A stretch of 64,000 nt of DNA from Clostridia bacterium (GTDB lineage: Bacteria > Bacillota > Clostridia > Oscillospirales > CAG-272), in assembly GCA_017504625.1 (NCBI GenBank), contig JAFVQU010000016.1, forward strand, positions 9,129-73,128, read 5' to 3'. A program made the translations under genes and the position numbers. Under the pieces are notes generated by a model. The model did not search any database. It was given only the letters and a program-made list of their open reading frames with translations, and was not told the DNA's origin. Of the stretch, positions 35,853 to 45,619 are shown piece by piece. Position 1 is the stretch's first letter; each line of letters begins with the position of its first letter.

Positions 35853-37277
35853 ATGAAGATAAGGCTTGGAATGGGAAAGCTTGATATGGCGCGCATAGCC
35901 GAGTATTGCTCGGGCGAGATATACGATTTTACGGGCGCGCTTGGCTGTGAGTTTGAATATATCTGCACCGATTCTCGCGAGGCGGACGACAAAACGATGT
36001 TCGTCGCGACACGCGGAGAGCGCGTTGACGGACACGATTATATAATCAGCGCGATAGATAAGGGCTGCCGTTGCATTCTTTGTGAGTACGTTCCCAGCGA
36101 TATCGTCGGTAAGAAGGCTTGCTTTGTAGTCGTTGAAAACTCAATCGAGGCATTTTCGCACGCCGCGAGAGGATATCGCGCCGATATGCGAATGAAGACC
36201 GTCGCAATTACGGGAAGCGTCGGCAAAACCACCACAAAGGAGCTGTGCGCGGCGATCATCCGCGAGAAATACAAGCTTTACAGTACGGTCGGAAACTTCA
36301 ACAGTATTATCGGAATGCCGATGTCGCTTATGGAAGCGGATAGGGGCTGCGAGGCGGCGGTCTTTGAGATGGGCATGAGCGGCTTTGGCGAGATCAGCCC
36401 GATGTCGCTTTGCGCAAGACCTCACGTCGCGATGGTGACCAATATCGGCAGCTCACATCTTGAATACTTAAAAACGCGCGAGAATATCGCTTGGGCAAAG
36501 CTTGAGATAGCCGACGGACTTGACTCTGACGGATATCTGCTTCTTATGGGCGACGAGCCTATATTGCGCGGCGAGGTTATCAAAAAATACGCGGAAAAAT
36601 GTAATATACTCTACGTTGGAACGAATAAAAACGATGAAAACGACGCGCTTGTTGAAAATATCAGAGTTGAAGGCGACAAAACGCTCTTTGACCTTTATTT
36701 CGGCGGCGAAAAATACGAAAATCTTGAAATCAGCGCGATAGGACGGCATTTTGCGATAAACGGAGCGTTTGCGGCGATTGCCGCGCTCCTTATCGGATGT
36801 GACGAGCGCGAGATCAGAGCGGGACTTTCAGCCTACGCGCCAAGCGGAATGCGACAGAATATCAGCGACAGAAACGGTGTCAGGCTTATTGCCGACTGCT
36901 ACAACGCCGCACCCGAGTCAATGCGCGCGGCGCTTGAGGTGCTTCGGGGCATCAATGTCGACGGCAAGAGGATCGCCGTGCTTGGCGATATGCGTGAGCT
37001 TGGCGCAAATTCAGACGAGCTTCACCGCGAGGTCGGAAAATTTGCGGCGGAGCGCACCGATATGCTCTTTACGCTCGGTCAGTCGGGCGCGCTTATAGCC
37101 GAGGGTGCTATCTTGGGCGGACTTGATAAGAAAAAGGTCGCATCCTTCCTTGACGGCGAGGAGATAGACGCGCTTGTCGGCGCGATAAGAGAAAATTTAG
37201 CAGAGGGTGACGCAATTTTGTTCAAGGCGAGCAGAGCCATGAGGCTTGAGCGCGTTATTGAGAGGCTTTTTGATTAA
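35853..37277 (+). CDS. murF: UDP-N-acetylmuramoyl-tripeptide--D-alanyl-D-alanine ligase
   Basis: ITGSVGKTTTKE P-loop; position after murE. Confidence 0.9.
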   Translation: MKIRLGMGKLDMARIAEYCSGEIYDFTGALGCEFEYICTDSREADDKTMFVATRGERVDGHDYIISAIDKGCRCILCEYVPSDIVGKKACFVVVENSIEAFSHAARGYRADMRMKTVAITGSVGKTTTKELCAAIIREKYKLYSTVGNFNSIIGMPMSLMEADRGCEAAVFEMGMSGFGEISPMSLCARPHVAMVTNIGSSHLEYLKTRENIAWAKLEIADGLDSDGYLLLMGDEPILRGEVIKKYAEKCNILYVGTNKNDENDALVENIRVEGDKTLFDLYFGGEKYENLEISAIGRHFAINGAFAAIAALLIGCDEREIRAGLSAYAPSGMRQNISDRNGVRLIADCYNAAPESMRAALEVLRGINVDGKRIAVLGDMRELGANSDELHREVGKFAAERTDMLFTLGQSGALIAEGAILGGLDKKKVASFLDGEEIDALVGAIRENLAEGDAILFKASRAMRLERVIERLFD

Positions 37278-37323
37278 AATACGGTAGCTCAATTTTAAGG
37301 AATTCTAATTTTTGGAGAAGAAA

Positions 37324-38373
37324 ATGCTTTACGACAGATTAAATAGCTTGGGAATAAATAAAATTATAGGAATTGAGTCAATTATCGTGCTCGTTGCGGT
37401 ATTTTTACTCAGCGTGCTTGCGACAAGACTTATTTTGCCCGTGCTTCGCGCGAGAAAGCTCAATCAGCCTATAAATATGTACGTGCTTGAGCATGCGTCA
37501 AAGTCGGGAACGCCGACGATGGGCGGACTCTGCTTTATTTTAGGCTCGCTTACCGCGATGCTTATCTGGATCGCGCTTGAATATTCGGGAACGCTCGGCA
37601 ACTATTCTAATTTTGAGAACGGCGCGCTTATTCCGATAGCGCTTACCTTCTGCCTTGCGGTCGGCAACGGCTTTATCGGTTTTTTTGACGACTACAAAAA
37701 GCTTGTAAAGAAGCAGAACGAGGGGCTCAGCGAAATGCAAAAGCTTCTGCTCCAGATCGTAGTTGCGGCGGCGTATCTTTGCATGATGGGAATGACCGAT
37801 AATCTTCCCACGGCTCTTGCAATTCCGTTTACAAATCTCTCGCTTGAGCTTTCCTACTTTGCATATCCCCTGTATCTTCTCGTGATAGTCGGATTTGTCA
37901 ATAGCACGAACATCACCGACGGTATTGACGGACTTGCTTCGTCGATCGGCGTAACGGTCGGTGTCGCCTTGCTTGTGACGGCAATCGCGACCGCATCAAG
38001 ATTTACCGCCATCAGCGCGGCAACGCTTATTGGCGCGTTGCTTGGCTTCCTTGTCTTCAACCACTATCCCGCAAAGGTCTTTATGGGAGATACCGGCTCG
38101 CTGTATATCGGCGCGCTCATTATGGGATGCGCTATAAGCGACGGAATGCTGCTTGGCGTAATTATTATGTCCTTCGTGTTCATTCTCGATATGCTTTCAA
38201 GCCTTTTGCAAAGACTTTACTATAAGCTGAGCGGCGGCAAAAGACTCTTTAAAAAAGCCCCCGTGCATCATCATTTCCAGCTCCTTGATTGGTCGGAGGT
38301 GAAGATCGTGCTTGTATTTACGCTTGTGTCGGCGATCTTCTGTGCGCTTGGTGTTATAGGCGTGTTAATTTAA
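37324..38373 (+). CDS. mraY: Phospho-N-acetylmuramoyl-pentapeptide transferase
   Basis: NSTNITDGIDGLA, FMGDTGS and APVHHHF motifs. ATG 37324 lies 6 nt after GGAG; the ORF-track start is an upstream TTG. Confidence 0.95.
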   Translation: MLYDRLNSLGINKIIGIESIIVLVAVFLLSVLATRLILPVLRARKLNQPINMYVLEHASKSGTPTMGGLCFILGSLTAMLIWIALEYSGTLGNYSNFENGALIPIALTFCLAVGNGFIGFFDDYKKLVKKQNEGLSEMQKLLLQIVVAAAYLCMMGMTDNLPTALAIPFTNLSLELSYFAYPLYLLVIVGFVNSTNITDGIDGLASSIGVTVGVALLVTAIATASRFTAISAATLIGALLGFLVFNHYPAKVFMGDTGSLYIGALIMGCAISDGMLLGVIIMSFVFILDMLSSLLQRLYYKLSGGKRLFKKAPVHHHFQLLDWSEVKIVLVFTLVSAIFCALGVIGVLI

Positions 38374-38408
38374 AACTAAACAAATAATTTATTTATGGAG
38401 GTGATTTC

Positions 38409-39686
38409 GTGAGCGAGAAGCAGAAAAATGACAAAAAAAGCGGCTTTTTCTTAAAATATAAGCGCGGCATTATCGGCGACGCTTACGAGAGAAGCCTTGA
38501 AAAAGACGATCCCATATACAAAGAGCCGATACACGCGCTCGAGCTTCCCCCAGAGGAAAAGAAGCTCATACGCGGCGGCATTGACGTGTATTTTCTGATA
38601 ATCGTTCTCGCTATCTCGCTTATCGGCGTGGTAATGGCGTACAGCGCAAGCTCGTTTGACGGTCAGAAATATATGGGCGACAGTCTTTATTACGTCAAGA
38701 GGCATATTATCTTCTTGATTATCGGCATTGGCTTTGCCGCGCCCTTCGTTATCCTTGCTCGCCCGTGGTTCTGGCGGCTCTTTGCAATAATTGCCTACGC
38801 GGCGTCGATCCCGCTTTTGCTTGCCGTTCTCGTTATCGGTAGCACGGGAGGAGGCGCGCAGAGATGGATCGCAATCGGCCCGCTTACTATCCAGCCCTCT
38901 GAGCTTGCGAAGATGGCGGTCGTAATGTTTTTGGCGCTTATAATGTCGAAATATGAGAAAAAAATAGAGTTAAGTCAACGCTTCAAGGGGCATTTCAGAT
39001 ACGGCGTGCTTTATCCCGTGCTTGTTATTGCCTCGATATGCGGACTCGTTATGCTTGAAAAGCACTTGTCGGGACTTATAATCATCGGTCTGCTCGGTCT
39101 TACGATAATGTTTATCGGCGGAACGCAGAAAAAGTGGATGTTCCTCATCATCGGCGCGGGTCTTGTTGCCGTGCTTTTGGTGCTTTTGGTGTCCGATTAC
39201 GCGATGGAGCGTGTAAATACGTGGCTATTTCTTGAAAAAGCCGACCCGCGCGGCTCGGCATGGCAGACCTGGCAAGGACTTTACGCCATCGGCTCGGGAG
39301 GATTTTTCGGTGTCGGACTTGGAAACAGCCGCCAGAAATACGGCTACGTTTCAGAGCCGCAGAACGACTTTATTTTTACGATAGTTTGCGAGGAGCTTGG
39401 CTTCTTCGGCGCGCTTATCGTCATCGCGCTCTTCCTGCTTCTTTTGTGGCGAGGATACAAGATCGCGGCGAGTGCGCCCGACAAATTCTGCTCGCTCGTC
39501 GTCTACGGTCTGACTACAAAGATCGCTTTGCAGACTATACTTAACATCGCCGTCGTAACCAATTCGATGCCGAATACGGGTATCGCCTTTCCGTTCTTCT
39601 CGTCGGGAGGCACGGCGCTGATATTGCAGATATTTGAAATGGGAATAATCCTTTCAATATCAAGGTTTTCTTACGTTAAAAAATAG
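38409..39686 (+). CDS. ftsW: FtsW/RodA/SpoVE-family peptidoglycan glycosyltransferase
   Basis: SEDS-family pattern (QPSELAK, GLGNS, PEPQNDFIF-like SEPQNDFIF, PFFSSGGT). GTG start after GGAGGTG. Confidence 0.85.
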   Translation: MSEKQKNDKKSGFFLKYKRGIIGDAYERSLEKDDPIYKEPIHALELPPEEKKLIRGGIDVYFLIIVLAISLIGVVMAYSASSFDGQKYMGDSLYYVKRHIIFLIIGIGFAAPFVILARPWFWRLFAIIAYAASIPLLLAVLVIGSTGGGAQRWIAIGPLTIQPSELAKMAVVMFLALIMSKYEKKIELSQRFKGHFRYGVLYPVLVIASICGLVMLEKHLSGLIIIGLLGLTIMFIGGTQKKWMFLIIGAGLVAVLLVLLVSDYAMERVNTWLFLEKADPRGSAWQTWQGLYAIGSGGFFGVGLGNSRQKYGYVSEPQNDFIFTIVCEELGFFGALIVIALFLLLLWRGYKIAASAPDKFCSLVVYGLTTKIALQTILNIAVVTNSMPNTGIAFPFFSSGGTALILQIFEMGIILSISRFSYVKK

Positions 39687-39769
39687 CTTTTGAGAATAGC
39701 ATACAAAACCGATTTTCCTTTTTCAGCATCACGGTTTTCCTGCGATAAAAATAGCTTTTGGAGAAATAT

Positions 39770-40882
39770 ATGAGAGTGCTTATGACCGGCGGAGGAACTG
39801 CGGGACACGTAAACCCCGCTATCGCTATCGCCAATACGATAAAAAAATACGAGCCTGACGCAGAGATAGTTTTCGTCAGCTCAAATCTTACTAAGGATAA
39901 GGCTCGCGACCTCGTTCCGCGCGCGGGCTACAAGCTTTTGGGCGTTGATATTTGCGGCAGATATCAGCTCTGGAATCCTATGAATATAAGAACGCTTGCA
40001 CTTATGGTGATCTCACGCGGTCAGGCAAGAAAAATAATCAAGGAATTTAAGCCCGACCTTATCATCGGCACGGGCGGCTTTGCATGCTATCCCTTGCTCA
40101 ATGCGGGCGCGGATATGGGCATTCCCACTATGGCGCACGAGTCGAACGCTATCGTCGGCAAGGCGATAAAGCGTCTTGCTGGCAAGCTTGACTCGATTAT
40201 GACCAACTTTGAGTCGACTAAAAAGAGCATTGTCGGCGCAAAGAGAGTGGTAAGAGTCGGAAACCCCTCGGTATTCGTTCCGAAATCGAAGGACGAGGTC
40301 GAGCTTGAGGGCAATTTTGCGCGCAGAGTGCTTTCCTTTGGCGGCTCGGGCGGAGCTGAGACCTTAAACGACGGAATGCTTGAGGTTATAAAGGCACTGG
40401 CGACAAAATATCCCGACACCGAGTTCCGTCACGCGACGGGAAAGCGCGACCGCGATAGAATTAGCGCACTTTTTGAGAGCGCGGGACTTCTTTCGCTCCC
40501 CAACGTCAAGCTACTTGAGTATATTTATGATATGAACGACAGAATGGCGGCGGCAGATATAGTTATCTCGCGCGCGGGAGCTATGAGCATTTCCGAGCTT
40601 TCCTTGTCTGGCAAGGCATCAATTCTCGTGCCCTCGCCCACCGTTGCGGAAAATCACCAGTTCAAGAACGCAAAGCCTATCGCCGACGCAAAGGCGTGCT
40701 TGATGGTCGAGGAAAAGGATTTCTCGTCGGGCGCGCTTTGCGATGCGGTCGAGAGCTTGTTGCTTGACGAAAAAATGAGAGAGCAGATGGGCAAGAGCTT
40801 CAAAGCCTTTGCCGAGCCTGAGGCAAACGAGAAGATATATGACGAGATAAAATTTATTTTGTCCGAAAGAAAGAAAATCTGA
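39770..40882 (+). CDS. murG: UDP-N-acetylglucosamine--N-acetylmuramyl-(pentapeptide) pyrophosphoryl-undecaprenol GlcNAc transferase
   Basis: MRVLMTGGGTAGHVNPA N-terminus and the ISRAGA..SE motif. Confidence 0.9.
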   Translation: MRVLMTGGGTAGHVNPAIAIANTIKKYEPDAEIVFVSSNLTKDKARDLVPRAGYKLLGVDICGRYQLWNPMNIRTLALMVISRGQARKIIKEFKPDLIIGTGGFACYPLLNAGADMGIPTMAHESNAIVGKAIKRLAGKLDSIMTNFESTKKSIVGAKRVVRVGNPSVFVPKSKDEVELEGNFARRVLSFGGSGGAETLNDGMLEVIKALATKYPDTEFRHATGKRDRDRISALFESAGLLSLPNVKLLEYIYDMNDRMAAADIVISRAGAMSISELSLSGKASILVPSPTVAENHQFKNAKPIADAKACLMVEEKDFSSGALCDAVESLLLDEKMREQMGKSFKAFAEPEANEKIYDEIKFILSERKKI

Positions 40883-40978
40883 TGGGATAAAATCGTTTTG
40901 TTTTCCCCAAAAAAGATTTTTGTGGGATAAATTCGTTTTGCCCGAAAAGTAAGGAATTTTAAGGAGAGGAGTGAAAAC

Positions 40979-41875
40979 ATGGACGGCAAAAAAAGACCTG
41001 AAGAAAAGGTAAGAGAAGGGCTTGAGTCTGCGCGTGACGCCGTGATAGGCAGGATCGGTGAGAAGCGCGTCAAAAAAATAATAAGAGTTATATCCGTCCT
41101 GCTCGCTCTTGCGGCGCTTCTTGTCGTCGCGTCATTCTTCTTCAAAATAGGCAGCATTGAGGTCACGGGCGACGTTACCATGTTTAACGAGGGCGAGGTC
41201 ATCCGCGCGGCACGGATTTACGAGGGCAACAGACTTTTCGCAAAGTCAAGCCGCCGTATCGAGCGCAATATCCGCGCCGCACTGCCGCTTGCCGAGAGCG
41301 TTAAGGTCAGAAAGTCGCTTTCGGGCAAGGTCAGTATAGATATTGAGTTTGCCGACGTGTATTATTACACGAAGGTGGGCGACCTTTACTATGCGCTTGA
41401 CGAGGAGCTTCGCGTGCTTGATTTTGACGAGTCAAGGAACAAATATTCGGCATATAACGCCGTTTACGTCAGACTTCCCGAGCTGAGAGAGCCGAAAAAG
41501 GGAGAAGCTCTCGTCTTTTACGACACGGTTGAGGAAACCGACGCCGAGGGCGAAACGCTTTACGAGGTGAAAAAGACAAGCTATTACGATTTTGTCGTGG
41601 AGTTTCTCGCCACGCTCAAGGAAAGCGGATACCACACCGAGAGCCGAGCTATCGACTTAAGAGAAAAATTTGAGATCGAGCTTGTTTATGCCGACAAATT
41701 CGTGATAAAATTCGGCAATTCGCGCGATCTTGACGTAAAGTTCCGTATTTTGAGCGAGATCATCCGTGAGGGCTCGATGGATTACGTAAATAAGGGCGTG
41801 ATCGACCTCTCCGATCCGTCAAAGGCATTCGCCCGCGCCGACGAATCGCTTGATCTGACGAATTATTTTGATTAA
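40979..41875 (+). CDS. FtsQ/DivIB-type cell division protein
   Basis: Single TM followed by a POTRA-like region (IGSIEVTGDV...). Position at the end of the dcw cluster. Confidence 0.7.
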   Translation: MDGKKRPEEKVREGLESARDAVIGRIGEKRVKKIIRVISVLLALAALLVVASFFFKIGSIEVTGDVTMFNEGEVIRAARIYEGNRLFAKSSRRIERNIRAALPLAESVKVRKSLSGKVSIDIEFADVYYYTKVGDLYYALDEELRVLDFDESRNKYSAYNAVYVRLPELREPKKGEALVFYDTVEETDAEGETLYEVKKTSYYDFVVEFLATLKESGYHTESRAIDLREKFEIELVYADKFVIKFGNSRDLDVKFRILSEIIREGSMDYVNKGVIDLSDPSKAFARADESLDLTNYFD

Positions 41876-42009
41876 TAAGAATATACGCCGTGTGCGACTT
41901 CCATTTTTGCGGACAGTTGACACGGCGTTTTTTTATCGTAATCTCTGCCGCGTGACGCGATGTTTTTGTGCGACACGGCGTTTTTGTATAAAAATGGCTC
42001 TTTTCTTCG

Positions 42010-42040
42010 TGAATTCCAAAACTGACCGATGGGCATAATT
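42010..42040 (+). promoter_or_regulatory. Candidate forespore sigma (F/G)-type promoter of sigG
   Basis: TGAATT, 18 nt, CATAATT (with GGGCATAATT) resembles the GHATR-N17/18-CATNHTA and GG..A.AHTR consensus sequences. Confidence 0.35.
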
Positions 42041-42076
42041 TTTATATCGGTCAATCCGAGGAAACGGAGAAACGAG

Positions 42077-42853
42077 ATGTATTATAACAAGGTTGAAATA
42101 TGCGGAGTCAACACGTCGGAGCTTAAAGTACTTGACGACGACGAGAAAAGAGAGCTTCTCTTGAGGATCCGCGACGGAGACACCGAGGCAAGACAGGAGC
42201 TGATATACGGAAATTTGCGACTCGTGCTGTCGGTCATCAAAAAGTTTGGCGGTAAAAAGGATAATGCCGACGATCTTTTTCAGGTTGGGTGCATCGGTCT
42301 GTGCAAGGCGGTTGACAACTTCAATGTAGAGCTTGACGTAAAATTCTCGACCTATGCCGTGCCGATGATCATTGGTGAGGTCAGACGGTATCTGCGCGAC
42401 AACAACGCCATAAGGATCAGCAGATCGTTGCGTGATCTCGCCTACCGCGCGCTCCAGGCGCGCGAGCAGATACAAAGTGAGAAGATGTGCGACGCTACGG
42501 TCGACGAGATAGCCGAGCGAGTCGGATGCGAGAAGGAATCGATCGCGCGGGCGATGGAGGCGATAATCGAGCCGATATCTATATACGAGCCGGTCTACAA
42601 CGACGGCGGTGACTCGCTTTACGTCATAGATCAGCTCAGCGACGAGGGCTCGGGCGAGGAGAGCTGGCTTGAGGATATCGCTCTGTCCGATGCGTTCAAG
42701 CATCTGAGTGAGCGTGAAAAAATGATAATAAATATGCGTTATTTCAAGCGGCGCACCCAGACCGAGATCGCGGGTGAGATAGGAATATCGCAAGCGCAGG
42801 TATCAAGGCTTGAAAAGTGCGCGCTTGAAAAAATGCGGCGGCAGATGGTGTGA
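42077..42853 (+). CDS. sigG: Sporulation sigma factor SigG
   Basis: NKVEICGVNTSEL, GNLRLVLSVI, DDLFQVGCIGL, KFSTYAVPMIIGEVRRYLRDNN, YNDGGD and ISQAQVSRLEK closely track B. subtilis SigG as I recall it. Confidence 0.9.
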   Translation: MYYNKVEICGVNTSELKVLDDDEKRELLLRIRDGDTEARQELIYGNLRLVLSVIKKFGGKKDNADDLFQVGCIGLCKAVDNFNVELDVKFSTYAVPMIIGEVRRYLRDNNAIRISRSLRDLAYRALQAREQIQSEKMCDATVDEIAERVGCEKESIARAMEAIIEPISIYEPVYNDGGDSLYVIDQLSDEGSGEESWLEDIALSDAFKHLSEREKMIINMRYFKRRTQTEIAGEIGISQAQVSRLEKCALEKMRRQMV

Positions 42854-42933
42854 AAACGGCGGACAGCTCAAAGTGGATTTGCTGACGAAAGCAAAAAGGC
42901 GGATTAACTTAAAAAAGAGATTATAGACAAACG

Positions 42934-42975
42934 AAAAAAGCGGTACGACAAACGTCGTACCGCCTTCGTTTTTTA
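42934..42975. terminator. Bidirectional terminator between convergent sigG and ftsZ
   Basis: A6-GCGGTACGAC-aaac-GTCGTACCGC-cttcg-T6. Confidence 0.8.
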
Positions 42976-42980
42976 TAAAA

Positions 42981-44057
42981 TTACTTCTTAACGCTCTTGA
43001 ATCCGCCGAAGAATGTCTCAAAGGGATCCTCGTCCTTCTTAGCGGACGCGGTCGTACCTCTGTACATAGGGGTAGCGATGGGGGGCTTCTTCTCGTCCTT
43101 CTTGTCAAATCCGGTTGCGATGATGGTAACCTGCATCTCGTCCTCAAGCTCGTCGTCAAAGCCAACGCCCCAGATGATGTTTGCGTCGGGATGAGCTTCG
43201 TTCTGGATAAGAGTTGCAGCAAGCTCTGCATCCTCAAGTCCAACGTCGGGAGATACGACGAAGCGGATAAGGATACCTTGCGAGCCGGTGATGGAGGACT
43301 CGAGAAGGGGAGAGGAGATAGCCATCTTTGCGGCGATCTCTGCCTTGTCCTTACCGGTAGCGGAGCCAACGCCCATGTGAGCGTAGCCTGCGTCTCTCAT
43401 AATGGTGGAAACGTCCGCAAAGTCAAGTCCGATGAAGGAGGAGCCGTTAACGAGGTCGGAAATGCTCTTGACACCGGTGTAGAGAACGCTGTCTGCTACC
43501 TCGAATGCGTTTGCAAGAGTAATTCTCTGGTCGCTTACTTCCTTGAGCTTGTCGTTGGGGATGATAATAAGGGCGTCTACGAACTGAGCAAGCTCGTTGA
43601 TACCTTCCTCGGCGTTCTTTGCTCTTACCTTACCCTCAAAGGAGAAGGGACGGGTAACGATACCGATGGTGAGAATGCCCATTTCCTTTGAGATGCGAGC
43701 AACTACGGGAGCTGCGCCCGTACCTGTTCCGCCGCCCATACCTGCGGTAACGAATACCATGTCGGTATCTGTGAGGAGAGACTTGATCTCGTCGATAGAT
43801 TCCTCAGCCGCGCGCTTACCGATCTCGGGGCGAGCGCCTGCGCCACGTCCGCCGGTGAGCTTTTCACCGATAACGAGCTGAGAGGGCGCGTTGGAACGAT
43901 GGAGAGCCAAACGGTCTGTGTTAACGGTGATGAATTCAACACCCTTGATGTTTGAATAGATCATTCTGTTTACTGCGTTGTTACCGCCGCCGCCGACACC
44001 GATGACCTTTATGTTGGCACCTACTTCAATAGCGTCGTCATGTTCGAAAATTCCCAT
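42981..44057 (-). CDS. ftsZ: Cell division GTPase FtsZ
   Basis: [28 protein letters not shown] tubulin signature, conserved C-terminal peptide region. Confidence 0.97.
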   Translation of the reverse strand: MGIFEHDDAIEVGANIKVIGVGGGGNNAVNRMIYSNIKGVEFITVNTDRLALHRSNAPSQLVIGEKLTGGRGAGARPEIGKRAAEESIDEIKSLLTDTDMVFVTAGMGGGTGTGAAPVVARISKEMGILTIGIVTRPFSFEGKVRAKNAEEGINELAQFVDALIIIPNDKLKEVSDQRITLANAFEVADSVLYTGVKSISDLVNGSSFIGLDFADVSTIMRDAGYAHMGVGSATGKDKAEIAAKMAISSPLLESSITGSQGILIRFVVSPDVGLEDAELAATLIQNEAHPDANIIWGVGFDDELEDEMQVTIIATGFDKKDEKKPPIATPMYRGTTASAKKDEDPFETFFGGFKSVKK

Positions 44058-44225
44058 ATTTTTAAATCCTCCGATTTATGTATTCATATTTTTTTACAAA
44101 AAGTTTATAAATAACGTATTATATAATTATAATAATACATTTACTTCGAAAAAGCAATAGTTTTTTAAAAAATTATTTATTTTTTGTGTTTATTTTTTGA
44201 ATTGATTTGCTTTTGGGATATGAGG

Positions 44226-45029
44226 CTATCCGTTATAAAATCTTCTGAGAAAACCGTCGTCAAGATCGGAATGAGCAAAGGGTGAGCGCGCTGAGCTCAG
44301 GCGCATCTGCATTGTGGGAGAGTAGCCGACCTCGCCGACAATAATATGCTCGATAAGCGTTACCCCGATGGCTGAGAGTGCCGCCTCTATCCTTGCGGTG
44401 ATCTCGCGGTCAGAGCTGCTTGGTATAGCGACGCTTGAAGGGTGATTGTGCGAGATTATTGCGTTCGTGGCGTTCTCGGCAAGAGCAAGTCTTGCTATCG
44501 TTCTCGGGTCTATCGACGCGCTGTTTGCGCTTCCGCTTGATATTTCGCTGAATTTTATAAGTCGCATTGAGCTGTCAAGCAGCATCACGCAAAATCTTTC
44601 TTCCTTAAGTCCCGAAAAATACTGCGTCAGAAATTCGCCGACCGAGGAGAGCGTATCGTATACAGCCTTGCATGAAGGTATGATCACCTTGTCGCGCCTG
44701 TATATTTCGGAGACGAGCGAAAAGAGAAGCGCGGTATTGTCCTTGACACCCTTGATCTGCGTAAGTCTTTGCCAATCTGCTTCAATTGCCTTTCTCGGTG
44801 AGCCGAACTTGTCAACAAGCTCGTGCGCCATATCGTTTGTGTTTCTTTGCGGTATCGAATAGAAAAGAAGCATTTCCATAAGCTCGTGATCGCTGAAGAT
44901 CCTTGCGCCGAACTCTGTATACTTGTTTTTCATTCTTTGCCGATGACCTGCGTGGCTATGTCCCGAAGTCCCGTTTTTGATGAGTGCTTTATCTGTTTGC
45001 TTTAGTTTCATACTGTGTCCATAATGCAT
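44226..45029 (-). CDS. radC: RadC-family JAB-domain protein
   Basis: GHRQRMK, HELMEMLL and the ISHNHPSS JAMM-like motif. The start is uncertain (45029 or ATG 45011). Confidence 0.85.
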   Translation of the reverse strand: MHYGHSMKLKQTDKALIKNGTSGHSHAGHRQRMKNKYTEFGARIFSDHELMEMLLFYSIPQRNTNDMAHELVDKFGSPRKAIEADWQRLTQIKGVKDNTALLFSLVSEIYRRDKVIIPSCKAVYDTLSSVGEFLTQYFSGLKEERFCVMLLDSSMRLIKFSEISSGSANSASIDPRTIARLALAENATNAIISHNHPSSVAIPSSSDREITARIEAALSAIGVTLIEHIIVGEVGYSPTMQMRLSSARSPFAHSDLDDGFLRRFYNG

Positions 45030-45310
45030 ATATTTGATTTATACAACCAACATGGTTGATTTTATGCAAGCTTTCCTTGAATTGTCCTTTTAACGCATAT
45101 AAAACCAAAATGAATATTATACATGAAATGCCAATTAATATTCATATTGGCGATGGAAACGCCCCACCGTGATTGAGGTTTTATGACCTTGTTTCCGTTT
45201 GTTTTCGGTAAAACGTGAAGGGCGTTGACCTTTACCTTGTTTTCTTAATCTCGGGAAACGCGATCTTTCTGATATAATAGTCGTGTTTTGAGCGAAAGGA
45301 GAAGTCTATA

Positions 45311-45532
45311 ATGGACAACACAATTGAAAAGCATACCGAGTACGTAACTGCGCGAGTGGTCAAAACGAACCGCGGCTACGGACTATTTATTATAAGCGGT
45401 GACGGGAAAGGGAAGACCTATCCCGATCTGACAAGCGACCTTGCGCTGCTATGTGACTTTGCCGACAGGATAAACGAGGGTGAGGTGTCACCACTGCACG
45501 TCTACGATATTATCGAGGATATGCTTGGATAG
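45311..45532 (+). CDS. Hypothetical small protein (73 aa)
   Basis: RBS AAAGGAGAAG. Convergent with the repressor gene. No motif recognised. Confidence 0.5.
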   Translation: MDNTIEKHTEYVTARVVKTNRGYGLFIISGDGKGKTYPDLTSDLALLCDFADRINEGEVSPLHVYDIIEDMLG

Positions 45533-45619
45533 CCGCAACAGAGTGTTCTTGCCGACGTTTGTCGTCAGCAGCATCAGTATGCATCCGCAAACCGCCATGA
45601 AAATTCTTGTGATCGTTTA

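Noticed and set aside
41933-42793. 286-aa ORF on the minus strand
   Set aside because: It is antisense to sigG, whose identity is very strong.
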